From Myxococcales bacterium (GTDB lineage Bacteria; Myxococcota_A; UBA9042; JABWCM01; BTVJ01): 22,502 bases of DNA. Where the stretch lies: assembly GCA_045863395.1 (NCBI GenBank), contig BTVJ01000108.1, positions 1-22,502 of the forward strand. Reading direction: 5' to 3'. The position numbers were made by a program, and so were the translations under genes. Below are positions 1-11,746 of this stretch, in pieces. Position 1 is the stretch's first letter. Every line of letters starts with the position of its first letter. A model generated the notes under the pieces. That model did no database searches. It worked only from the letters and a program-made list of their open reading frames with translations, and was not told the DNA's origin.

Positions 1-71
1 TTTGTGGGGGGTGGGTTTAATGCCAAACAACACATCTTATTTTGGGGCCCAATTATTTTTTTTTTTTTTTG

Positions 72-123
72 TTTTGACCCCCTCATCATTTTGACCCCCT
101 CATTTTGACCCCCTCATTTGACA
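72..123. repeat. Short direct repeat TTTTGACCCCCTCA x3 plus a degenerate partial fourth copy
   Basis: Copies at 72-85, 89-102 and 103-116, then TTTGACA at 117-123. They follow an AT-rich/poly-T stretch at the window start. Confidence 0.85.
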
Positions 124-145
124 CGCGCGGCCGCTGCCCTATCCC
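118..145 (+). promoter_or_regulatory. Possible sigma70-type promoter for the porin operon
   Basis: Perfect -35 TTGACA (118-123), 16-nt spacer, weak -10 TATCCC (140-145), just upstream of GTG at 152. Confidence 0.3.
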
Positions 146-151
146 AATGAG

Positions 152-1387
152 GTGGATGGGTTCAATCACAGAGCGGCAATCCGGCGGGCGAACTGTCGGC
201 GCGCCGACCGCTCCAGCGGCGCCCCTCACCGAGGCAGGGCGTGGATTCTCGTCGCCGCGCTGCTTACTCTGGCACCGCAGGCCGCCGCGGCCGAGCTCGA
301 CCTCGGCGTCGACCTGCCGCCAGTGGCCATCCATGGCTTCGTGAGCCCCGGCTTCGTCGTCTCCATCGGCAACGAGTACCTGGCGAAGTCCAGCGAGGGG
401 ACCTTCGAGTTCGTCGAGGTCGGCATCAACTTCACGTCGCAGCTCACGGAGCAGCTCCGCATCGGGGTCCAGATCTTCGCCCGCGACCTGGGGAGGCGGG
501 GCGACTACACGCCCAAGGCGGACTGGTTCTACCTCGACTACCGCTTCGCGGACTGGATCGGGCTGCGGGCGGGGCGCACCAAGCTGCCCTTCGGCCTGCT
601 CAACGAGGTGAACGACATCGACCAGGCGCGGGTCCCGATCTTGCTTCCCCAGTCGATCTATCCCATCACGAACCGTGACTTCCTGCTCGCCCAGACCGGC
701 GTCGAGCTCTACGGCTATGTCGTGATGGGAGACGCCGGCGCCCTCGACTACCGGATCTACGGTGGCACCATCTTCTTCGACGTGGACTCCAGCGCCGGGG
801 GGCAGTTCGACGTGGATGAGCTGAGCGTGCCCTATCTGGTCGGCGGACGCCTGATGTGGGAGACGCCGGCGCCGGGCCTTCGGGTGGGCGGCTCCGTCCA
901 GGCCCTGCGCCTCGACACCACGCTCAGCGTGACCCAGCCACAGCCGCTCACGCTGACGGCGGACATCGAGGCGCTGCTGTGGGTGGTCTCCCTGGAGCTT
1001 ACGGTGGACGACGCGATGGTCGCCATGGAGTACAGCCGGTGGCACGTCCAGACGCACAGCAGCCAGCCAACCCTGATCCCTGAGGCGGAGGTGATCAGCG
1101 AGCGGGCATACGCGCTGTTCTCCTACCGCGTCGACTGGTTCACCCCCGGCGTCTACTACTCTGTGCTCTTCCCGGACGTGGATGACCGCACGGGGCGCGA
1201 GCAGCGGCAGCACGACGTGGCGCTGACGCTGCGCTTCGACATCAACGAGTTCTGGCTCGTAAAGGTGGAGGGCCACTACATGAACGGGACCGCGGCCACG
1301 GAGCCGATCCTCAACGGGGGACGGCCGCGGAGCGAGCTGGATGAGGACTGGGCGGTCTTCCTCTTGAAGACGACCGCCTGGTTCTGA
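152..1387 (+). CDS. Outer-membrane beta-barrel, porin-like protein
   Basis: Signal-peptide-like segment WILVAALLTLAPQAAAA, alternating amphipathic strands (DWFYLDYRF, IGLRAGRTKLPFG, VALTLRFDI, LVKVEGHY) and a C-terminal aromatic beta-signal (KTTAWF). The start codon is uncertain. Confidence 0.8.
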   Translation: MDGFNHRAAIRRANCRRADRSSGAPHRGRAWILVAALLTLAPQAAAAELDLGVDLPPVAIHGFVSPGFVVSIGNEYLAKSSEGTFEFVEVGINFTSQLTEQLRIGVQIFARDLGRRGDYTPKADWFYLDYRFADWIGLRAGRTKLPFGLLNEVNDIDQARVPILLPQSIYPITNRDFLLAQTGVELYGYVVMGDAGALDYRIYGGTIFFDVDSSAGGQFDVDELSVPYLVGGRLMWETPAPGLRVGGSVQALRLDTTLSVTQPQPLTLTADIEALLWVVSLELTVDDAMVAMEYSRWHVQTHSSQPTLIPEAEVISERAYALFSYRVDWFTPGVYYSVLFPDVDDRTGREQRQHDVALTLRFDINEFWLVKVEGHYMNGTAATEPILNGGRPRSELDEDWAVFLLKTTAWF

Positions 1388-1395
1388 GAGGAGCG

Positions 1396-1827
1396 ATGGG
1401 AAGGCGCCTCGCAATCGTCGCCGTGCTCATCGTGTCGGTCGTGGCCTCTCCCGGGGCAGCCGCGGACGATGGGTTCCAGATCATCGTGCACCCGTCCAAC
1501 CCTTCGACGTCCCTGAAGAGCAGCTTCGTCGCAGACGCATTCCTGCGGAAGGTTGGCGCCTGGCCTGGTGGCGAGACGATCAAGCCCGTGGACCTTGCCC
1601 GAGGCGCCTCGGCACGACGCGGCTTCAGCGAGGCCGTGCTGAAGCGCTCCGTCTCGGCCGTCAAGAGCTACTGGCAGCAGGTCATCTTCTCTGGGCGCGG
1701 CCTGCCGCCGCCCGAGCTCGACTCGGAGGAGGCGGTCATCCGCTACGTCACCGAGAACGAGGGGGCCATCGGGTACGTCTCGGGCTCGGCCGACGTGGGA
1801 GCCGCAAAGATCGTGAGCGTGAGGTAG
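1396..1827 (+). CDS. Small secreted periplasmic-binding-protein-like protein (the type often annotated as phosphate ABC substrate-binding)
   Basis: RBS GAGGAG, signal peptide ending AAA-DD, motifs IIVHPSNP, YWQQVIFSGRGLPP and EGAIGYV resembling class II PBP segments. Only 143 aa. Confidence 0.75.
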   Translation: MGRRLAIVAVLIVSVVASPGAAADDGFQIIVHPSNPSTSLKSSFVADAFLRKVGAWPGGETIKPVDLARGASARRGFSEAVLKRSVSAVKSYWQQVIFSGRGLPPPELDSEEAVIRYVTENEGAIGYVSGSADVGAAKIVSVR

Positions 1828-1834
1828 CACCTCG

Positions 1835-5363
<3,529 letters not shown>

Positions 5364-5374
<11 letters not shown>

Positions 5375-6224
5375 GGACGCCACCTTGCCCGGCATCGCGA
5401 GCGTCGAGGACATCGAGGTCCGCCTGCTGCTCGAGGCGATCCACTCGCGCTATGGCTACGACCTGCGAGGCTACACGCTCGGGTCCATGAGGCGGCGGGT
5501 CCTGGCGGCCCTGGAGCGCTCGGGGCTGGAGAGCCTCGGCGCCTTGCAGCACGCGGTGCTGAACGACCCGAGGCTGTTCGCTGCCGTGCTGGACGACCTC
5601 ACGGTGCGCGTCTCGGAGCTGTTCCGCAACCCCGAGTTCTTTCATGCATTTCGAACGCACGTGGTGCCGATCCTGCGCACCTACCCCATGCTCCGGGTCT
5701 GGCACGCCGGGTGCGCAACGGGCGAAGAGGTCTACACCACGGCCATCGTCCTCATGGAGGAGGGGCTGTATGATCGCTCCCAGATCTACGCGACCGACAT
5801 CAACCTGGCGGCCCTCGACAGGGCGCGCCAGGGGACCTACGCGGGTGAGTCGGTGGCCGCGCTCGCGTCGAACTACGCTCGCTCCGGAGGGACGCGCGAC
5901 CTCTCGGAGTACCATGCGTCCGGCTACGACTGCATCGCGATGAAGGAGCGGCTGCGGCGTAACATCATGTTCATGCAGCACGATCTGGTCTCGGATCACG
6001 TGTTTGGGGAGATGCACGTGATCTTCTGCCGCAACGTCCTGATCTACTTCGGCAGAGAGCTCCGTACCAGGGTGCTTGCGAAGCTGGGGCAGAGCCTGTG
6101 TCCCGGGGGCTTCCTGTGCCTCGGGTCCAGCGAGCGGCTGACGGAGCTGCGCGGTCCTGGTCGGACCGACGCGGTGTTCACGGACTTCGTGAGGGAGCGC
6201 CAGATCTATCGCTATACGGGGTGA
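5364..6224 (+). CDS. cheR: CheR-type protein-glutamate O-methyltransferase
   Basis: YGYDLRGY, SELFRNP, RVWHAGCATGEEVYT, IYATDIN and IFCRNVLIYF motifs. ATG 5364 follows GGGGAGAG and overlaps the kinase stop region. Confidence 0.93.
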
Positions 6225-6318
6225 GGTTGTGCCGGGCCCGCCTGCGGAGCTCGTTGGGCTGCATGGGGGAGTCGATTCCTTCGACGGGGCGTTACCCGTC
6301 ACATGGGAGGTGTCCACC

Positions 6319-6423
6319 ATGGCCAATCGCAACGTCTCTCAGGTCCGATGGGGCTGCCCGGCTCGTGGGAGGACCACTCCGAGCCTGCCGCTGCTCGCCG
6401 CAGCCATCCGCGTGAAGCAATGA
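6319..6423 (+). CDS. Candidate 34-aa small protein MANRNVSQVRWGCPARGRTTPSLPLLAAAIRVKQ
   Basis: Strong SD GGGAGGT (6305-6311) 7 nt before ATG 6319. Its TGA overlaps the next ATG (ATGA, 6420-6423). No recognisable family. Confidence 0.35.
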   Translation: MANRNVSQVRWGCPARGRTTPSLPLLAAAIRVKQ

Positions 6424-7586
6424 GCCCGCAGCCAGCGGTGCTCGTCGTCGATGACGTGCGCGCCAACCTGGTCGCCCTCGAGGCCGAGCTGTCGCGGCTC
6501 GACTGCGAGATCCTGTGCGCGTCGTCGGGCAACGAGGCCCTCAAGCGCCTGCTGGAGCGCGACTGTGCGGTGATGCTCCTCGACGTGCAGATGCCCGAGA
6601 TGGACGGGTTCGAGGTCGCGCGGTTCGCGCGACACAACCCCGACACGTGCGACGTCCCCATCGTGTTCGTCACGGCGATGCACGAGACCGAGGACAACAG
6701 CCTGCGCGGCTACGGAGCCGGGGCCATCGACGTGCTCTTCAAGCCGGTGCACCCCCAGATCCTCCGGTCCAAGGTGCAGGTCTTCCTCGACCTGTACCTG
6801 GGGCGGCAGCGCCTCGCCGAGGAGCTCGAGGCGCACCGGCAGACCCTCCAGGAGCTCGAGGCCTTCACCTACTCCGTGTCCCACGACCTGCGGGCGCCGC
6901 TCCGTCCCCTCGAGGGCTTCAGCCGCTACCTGCTCCAGAACTACGGGGAGCGCCTCGACGTCACCGGGCGCGACTACCTGGACCGCATCCGCGCCTCCGC
7001 CGTGAAGATGGGGACGCTCATCGAGGACCTGATGCTGCTGTCGAACATGGGGCGCCGCGACATGCAGCGCCGGGCCGTGAACCTTCACGTGGCGGCGCGC
7101 GCCATCATCGGCGAGCTGCGAAGCTCCGACCCCGACCGGGACGTGGAGCTCGTGACCAGCGGCGAGTCGACGGTGACGGGGGACGCTGGGCTCCTCCACA
7201 TCGCGCTGGACAACCTCTTGAGGAACGCATGGAAGTTCACACGGAGGCGAGGGCAGGCGCACATCGAGCTGGGGATCAGGCGTGAGCGTGACAGGTGGGT
7301 GTGCCACGTGAGCGACGACGGCGCCGGCTTCGACGCCGCCCGCGCCGCGCAGCTCTTCCAGCCGTTTCGCCGCCTCCACTCCGCCGAGGACTTCGAGGGC
7401 AACGGCATCGGCCTCGCCATCGTCCAGAGGATCGTCGACCGCCATGGCGGGGAGGTGTGGGCCGAGGGCGAGCCCGACCGCGGCGCGACGATCTACTTCA
7501 CGATACGCGGGCGCCCCCCCGCCCGGCGCCCCCCGCCGGGGGGCCACACCTGCCCACGTCCCCTCGTCTGGCGCGCCAGAATATGA
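6420..7586 (+). CDS. Cytoplasmic REC-HisKA-HATPase hybrid histidine kinase
   Basis: REC (VLVVDD, LLDVQMPEMDG, LFKP), H-box YSVSHDLRAPLR, N-box NLLRNAWKFT, DDGAGF, F-box FQPFRRLH, GNGIGLAIV. Start placed at ATG 6420, just before the REC domain. Confidence 0.93.
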   Translation: MSPQPAVLVVDDVRANLVALEAELSRLDCEILCASSGNEALKRLLERDCAVMLLDVQMPEMDGFEVARFARHNPDTCDVPIVFVTAMHETEDNSLRGYGAGAIDVLFKPVHPQILRSKVQVFLDLYLGRQRLAEELEAHRQTLQELEAFTYSVSHDLRAPLRPLEGFSRYLLQNYGERLDVTGRDYLDRIRASAVKMGTLIEDLMLLSNMGRRDMQRRAVNLHVAARAIIGELRSSDPDRDVELVTSGESTVTGDAGLLHIALDNLLRNAWKFTRRRGQAHIELGIRRERDRWVCHVSDDGAGFDAARAAQLFQPFRRLHSAEDFEGNGIGLAIVQRIVDRHGGEVWAEGEPDRGATIYFTIRGRPPARRPPPGGHTCPRPLVWRARI

Positions 7587-7607
7587 GAAGTGAGCAGGCT
7601 TGACCCC

Positions 7608-8852
7608 CTACCTCTGGCGCGCAAGGGGGACCAGGAGCAGCGCGGAGATCACCGCAAGCCCCACGAAGACGAGGAACAGGACGTCCCAGCCCCAGATGGA
7701 GCTGACGCGGGTCGTCACGACGCCCTGGAGGATGGCGCCCACCGAGCCGATGCCGTTGATGATGCCGGCCGCCGAGGCGGCGCTGGCCCCCCCTCCCAGG
7801 TCCTGGGCCGCCGCGCCGCTGATCAGCGCGTCGGGGCCGAAGAGCAGGAAGCCGACGAGCGCCATGCTCAGCGCGTTGGCGACCAGGCCCGCGTCGCCGA
7901 CGCCACGGTAGAGGAGCAGGGCCCCCGCCAGCGCGAGCACCATTGGGGCGGCGAGGCGAGCGCGCCGCGCGGGGAACCAGCGATCGGAGACCCACCCGGT
8001 CACCACGGCCCCCAGGATTCCGCCCACCTCGAAGCTCGTGGACAGGTAGCCCGCCGTCCCCTCGTCGTAGTGCAGCGCCTGGCTCAGGTAGTAGGGCAGC
8101 CAGAAGAGCAGGCTGTAGCGGATGAGCTTGAGCCCGAAGTAGGAGCCGCCCAGGAGCCACACGGCCGGCATGCGGACGATGGCGCGGAAGCCGACGCGCT
8201 CGACCGGTGCCGCCCCTTTGGGGGGCTCATCCACCGCCGGGAGGCCCCGGTCCTGGGGGCGCTCCACCAGGAACACGAGCACCACGGCGCCCACGAGGGC
8301 TACCCACATGCCAGGGACGAAGAAGGCGGCCCTCCACCCGTGGTGGATGAGGAGCCAGGTGGCGAGCGCGGTCGCCACGAGGCCGCCCACCTGGTAGCAG
8401 GTGCACCACACACCCATGACCCAGCCGCGGCTGCCCCTGCCGAACCACCACGCCATGGCCTTGACGTTGTTGGGCCAGCCCGTCGCCTGGACCAGGCCGT
8501 TGAGGCCGAAGGCGAGGAGGAACAGGGCAGCCACCGAGGACGCGCCGAAGGCAAAGGACAAGCCGGCGGAGAGCAGCATCCCCCAGCCGATCATCCGGCG
8601 CGCGCCCAGGCGATCACCCAGGGCGCCGGTCACGAACTGCCCGAGGGCGTAGGCCGCGAGATAGACCGTGTCGATGATGCCGAGCATGTCCATGGACACG
8701 CCCAGCTCGCGCTCCATGCGCAGCTTGACGACCCCGAAGTTCTTGCGGGTCAGGTAGTAGGACGCGTAGCTGAGCCACGTCAGCGAGAAGGCGCGGGCCC
8801 GCAGGGACCGGACCACTCGTTCCTGGTCGTCCAGTCCGGGTGTGACGCTCAT
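7608..8852 (-). CDS. MFS transporter, organophosphate:Pi antiporter (OPA; GlpT/UhpT/UhpC-like) family
   Basis: YASYYLTRKNF, motif A GALGDRLGARR, WFGRGSRG..MGVW, KLIRYSLLFWLPYYL, GWVSDR and AAGIINGIGSVG, with about 12 hydrophobic segments. Confidence 0.9.
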   Translation of the reverse strand: MSVTPGLDDQERVVRSLRARAFSLTWLSYASYYLTRKNFGVVKLRMERELGVSMDMLGIIDTVYLAAYALGQFVTGALGDRLGARRMIGWGMLLSAGLSFAFGASSVAALFLLAFGLNGLVQATGWPNNVKAMAWWFGRGSRGWVMGVWCTCYQVGGLVATALATWLLIHHGWRAAFFVPGMWVALVGAVVLVFLVERPQDRGLPAVDEPPKGAAPVERVGFRAIVRMPAVWLLGGSYFGLKLIRYSLLFWLPYYLSQALHYDEGTAGYLSTSFEVGGILGAVVTGWVSDRWFPARRARLAAPMVLALAGALLLYRGVGDAGLVANALSMALVGFLLFGPDALISGAAAQDLGGGASAASAAGIINGIGSVGAILQGVVTTRVSSIWGWDVLFLVFVGLAVISALLLVPLARQR

Positions 8853-8860
8853 GGGGCGGG

Positions 8861-8889
8861 AGCATGACACCGGCGTGACACCGCGTCAA
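8861..8889 (-). promoter_or_regulatory. Sigma70-like promoter for the MFS gene (probably leaderless), overlapped by a Pho-box-like direct repeat
   Basis: Minus strand reads TTGACG-17 nt-CATGCT-8 nt-ATG with no SD. GTGTCAC-GCCG-GTGTCAT lies at 8864-8881. Confidence 0.5.
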
Positions 8890-8918
8890 CGCGCCGCGCC
8901 GAGGATGTCGGAACCGTC

Positions 8919-8947
8919 TTTACAGGCGTCCGCGAGCCCGCTAGGGT
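8919..8947 (+). promoter_or_regulatory. Sigma70-like promoter for the aminotransferase
   Basis: TTTACA (8919-8924), 17 nt, TAGGGT (8942-8947). SD GAGGAGG precedes GTG 8981. Confidence 0.5.
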
Positions 8948-8980
8948 CGCAGCGTTGGTCCATCTTCGAGGAGGTCCGCC

Positions 8981-10312
8981 GTGTCACGCCCGAACCCGTC
9001 GCAGCCCGTCGCCCTCGCGGGCGTTCTCGAGGCCACCGCCGCCCACTCGGCCACCGTGCTGTCGCAGAAGGCGCGGGGGCTGGCCAAGTCAGAGATCCTG
9101 ACCATCGCCTATGACATCCGGGATCGGGTCGCCCGTGGGGAGCGCATCACGAACCTGACCGTCGGCGACTTCTCGCCCCGGGAGTTTCCCATCCCGCGGC
9201 GCCTGATCGACGGCATCGTGGCCGCCCTGGAGGGGGGGCACACCAACTACCCGCCGTCCAGCGGCACGGTGGAGCTGCGCGACGCGCTGCGGGTCTTCTA
9301 TGCGCGCCGCCTCGGGCTGGACTACCCGGCGGAGTCGGTGCTGATCGGCGGTGGCGCCCGCCCGATGATCATGGCGGCCTATCAGGCCCTCGTGGAGCCG
9401 GGCGACGTGGTGGTCTACGGGGTCCCGTCGTGGAACAACGAGCACTACGCCTACCTGACCGACGCCGAGGCCATCGAGCTGCGCGGAGACCCTGCCGAGG
9501 GCTTCATGCCCGACGTGGACGCGTATCGCCCTCACCTGCGGCGCGCGCGGCTGCTGTTCTTCAACACGCCGCTCAACCCGACGGGCACCATGCTCCAGCC
9601 CGACAAGCTGGCACGTATCTGCGAGGCCGTCATCGAGGAGAACGCTCGCCGCGCCGCGGCCGGGGAGCGGGCGCTGTTCATCGTCTTTGACCAAGTCTAC
9701 TGGATGATCACCTTTGGAGGGGAGCACGCCTCCCCCCCGCAGATCGACCCGCGCATGGCGCCCTACACGATCCTGATCGACGCCGTGTCCAAGTCCTTTG
9801 CCGCAACGGGCTTGCGCGTCGGGTGGGCCTTCGGGCCCGCCGAGGTGATCACGCGCATGGGCGCCTTCGTCTCGCACATGGGGGCGTGGGCGCCGCGGCC
9901 CGAGCAGATCGCCTTCGCCAGCCTCCTGCGCGACGACGCCGCGGTCAACGCCTTCCACGCCGCCTTCGTGCCTGCGCTCGGCGCCCGGCTCCGGGTGCTG
10001 TACGACGGCCTCATGGCGCTCAAGGCCGGGGGGTTCCCCGTCGACGCCATCGCGCCGGAGGGGGCGCTGTACCTGTCGGCGAAGATCGATCTCATCGGGC
10101 GGACGACGCCGGAGGGGGTCACCCTCGGGGACATCGAGGCCGTACGGACGTGGCTGTTGGGCGAGGCAGGCATGGGGGTCGTCCCGTTCCGCGCGTTCGG
10201 CTACGCCAACGACACGGAGGGGTGGATGCGGCTGTCCGTGGGGGCCGTCAGCATCGCCGACTGCCATGGGGTGGTCGAGCGGCTCGGACGGGCGCTCGCC
10301 GCGCTGCGCTGA
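8981..10312 (+). CDS. PLP-dependent aminotransferase class I/II (aspartate aminotransferase-like)
   Basis: NLTVGDF, TNYPPSSG, NTPLNPTG, DQVY, PLP-lysine motif SKSFAATGLRVGW, GALY and C-terminal WMRLS. Confidence 0.92.
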   Translation: MSRPNPSQPVALAGVLEATAAHSATVLSQKARGLAKSEILTIAYDIRDRVARGERITNLTVGDFSPREFPIPRRLIDGIVAALEGGHTNYPPSSGTVELRDALRVFYARRLGLDYPAESVLIGGGARPMIMAAYQALVEPGDVVVYGVPSWNNEHYAYLTDAEAIELRGDPAEGFMPDVDAYRPHLRRARLLFFNTPLNPTGTMLQPDKLARICEAVIEENARRAAAGERALFIVFDQVYWMITFGGEHASPPQIDPRMAPYTILIDAVSKSFAATGLRVGWAFGPAEVITRMGAFVSHMGAWAPRPEQIAFASLLRDDAAVNAFHAAFVPALGARLRVLYDGLMALKAGGFPVDAIAPEGALYLSAKIDLIGRTTPEGVTLGDIEAVRTWLLGEAGMGVVPFRAFGYANDTEGWMRLSVGAVSIADCHGVVERLGRALAALR

Positions 10313-10314
10313 AC

Positions 10315-10992
10315 GTGCGCGCTGCCATCCTGCTCCTGCTGTGCGCCTGCACGAGCGACGCTCCGCGACCCGCGCCGCCGACTCCGCAGAAGCCCGCGCA
10401 GACGCGCCCGGTCCCTCCGGGCACGGCTGCGGCCGCGACCGCCGCCGCCACCCGCGCTGAGACGATGCTCGGCGCCAGCCGGTCGGAGGACGCCGCCCGC
10501 GCCGCGCTGGAGGGCCTCGAGGCCCTCTCCGAGGTGGCCGTCGAGGGCGAGATCGCCCGTGCGCGCATGGCGCGGGTGCTGGCCGCGACGGGCGCGGTGG
10601 AGGAGGCGCAGATCCACGCGGGCCGCGCCCTGGTCAAGCTGGAGCGCCTGGAGGAGGGGACCGTGATCCCTCCGCTGCGAGGCGCCATCGCCGCCGCCAT
10701 GGGGGCCGTGGGCCAGGAGGGACTCGCGGAGAAGGTCGCCTCGATGCTCGATCCAGCGAACCGTGCCCAGGCCTGGCGCTCAGCGGCCGATGCGCTCCGG
10801 GCGCGGGGCGCCGCGGAGCTGGCAGAGCGGGCCTACGCTCGCGCGACGGCAGCCGAGGCTGCGGCGCCGGTCCCTCGATCCGGCGAGACCGGCGGAGGCG
10901 AGGTCCCCGCGGCTCCGACCGCCGGGCCCTCCGAGGCGCCCCCCCAAGTGGCCCCCGAGGCGCCCCAGACACCCGTGATCGAGGGCAAGTGA
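10315..10992 (+). CDS. Hypothetical lipoprotein, Ala-rich helical (TPR-like) core with Pro-rich linkers
   Basis: GTG 2 nt after the upstream stop, MRAAILLLLCAC lipobox-like N-terminus, Pro-rich ends and an amphipathic helical middle. Confidence 0.6.
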   Translation: MRAAILLLLCACTSDAPRPAPPTPQKPAQTRPVPPGTAAAATAAATRAETMLGASRSEDAARAALEGLEALSEVAVEGEIARARMARVLAATGAVEEAQIHAGRALVKLERLEEGTVIPPLRGAIAAAMGAVGQEGLAEKVASMLDPANRAQAWRSAADALRARGAAELAERAYARATAAEAAAPVPRSGETGGGEVPAAPTAGPSEAPPQVAPEAPQTPVIEGK

Positions 10993-10996
10993 CCGC

Positions 10997-11026
10997 TTGC
11001 CCCACCCGCGCCGCTGCGGCTATCAT
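10997..11026 (+). promoter_or_regulatory. Sigma70-like promoter for the barrel/DOMON/sugar ABC operon
   Basis: TTGCCC (10997-11002), 18 nt, TATCAT (11021-11026). SD AAGGAGG precedes GTG 11057. Confidence 0.45.
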
Positions 11027-11056
11027 CGCGCCGCGACCCCCCGGAAGGAGGCACCC

Positions 11057-11746
11057 GTGACCCGTGCGAACATCACCAAGGCGGCAATCGTGGCCTGCGG
11101 ACTGCTCATGGCTGGCCCGGCCGCCGCGAAGGGCGGCTTCTACATCGGCGTGGGCCTCGGGGGCAGCGTGGTCAGCGGTGAGCGCGGCGTCGCCCTGGAG
11201 AAGACCTCCAAGGACGGGCGCACCACGCTGCTGGTCGCGCCGGCCGCCATGGACGACGCCATCCGCACCGACCTGGGCGCCGGCCTCGCGACACTGTTCC
11301 GCTTCGGCTACAACATCCTCGGGGCGGCGGCCATCGAGGTCGCCTTCGTCGGCCACGGCTCCGGCTTCACGAGCTCGCTGGAAGGGGCGGGGCACCTGTG
11401 CTTCGACGCGGTGATCCACCCGCTCGGCATCGCGGAGCTGGCCGGCGCCGTCGAGGCGTCCATGTGGGACCCCTACGTGATCCTTGGCGGCGGCTTCACC
11501 TACGCGGGCTACACCAGCGCCGACGGCCAGGACAAGGGGTGGTTCGGCGGGACCTTGCAGACCGGCGCGGGCCTCAACATGCACCTCGTGCCGTTCTTCA
11601 GCCTGGGCGTGGACCTGCGGGTGACGGTGCCCTTCTACGACACCTGGTACTTCAACTTCGAGCGGGACGAGTCCTTCGCCCCGCTGTCGACGCCGAGCAC
11701 CATCATCTTCACGCCGCAGCTCCTCGGCACCTTCCACTTCGGCTGA
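11057..11746 (+). CDS. Small outer-membrane beta-barrel protein (OmpA/OmpW-like, about 8 strands)
   Basis: SD AAGGAGG, signal peptide ending PAAA-K, strands GFYIGVGLG, FRFGYNI, DPYVILGGGF, LQTGAGLN, FSLGVDLRV, and C-terminal LLGTFHFG. Confidence 0.8.
   Translation: MTRANITKAAIVACGLLMAGPAAAKGGFYIGVGLGGSVVSGERGVALEKTSKDGRTTLLVAPAAMDDAIRTDLGAGLATLFRFGYNILGAAAIEVAFVGHGSGFTSSLEGAGHLCFDAVIHPLGIAELAGAVEASMWDPYVILGGGFTYAGYTSADGQDKGWFGGTLQTGAGLNMHLVPFFSLGVDLRVTVPFYDTWYFNFERDESFAPLSTPSTIIFTPQLLGTFHFG

Noticed and set aside
1..70. AT-rich poly-T/poly-G stretch as a terminator or origin
   Set aside because: No convincing stem precedes the T run, and the composition suggests low-quality terminal sequence.
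86..1414. Long antisense and alternate-frame ORFs (e.g. 86-1414, 2930-4015, 6339-7547, 7590-8867, 13694-14971)
   Set aside because: They are shadow ORFs of high-GC coding DNA, overlap motif-supported genes and have no recognisable domains.
7528..7544. GCCCCCC-GCC-GGGGGGC hairpin near the convergent kinase/MFS junction
   Set aside because: It lies inside the kinase CDS, has no U-tract, and such stems are common at this GC content.
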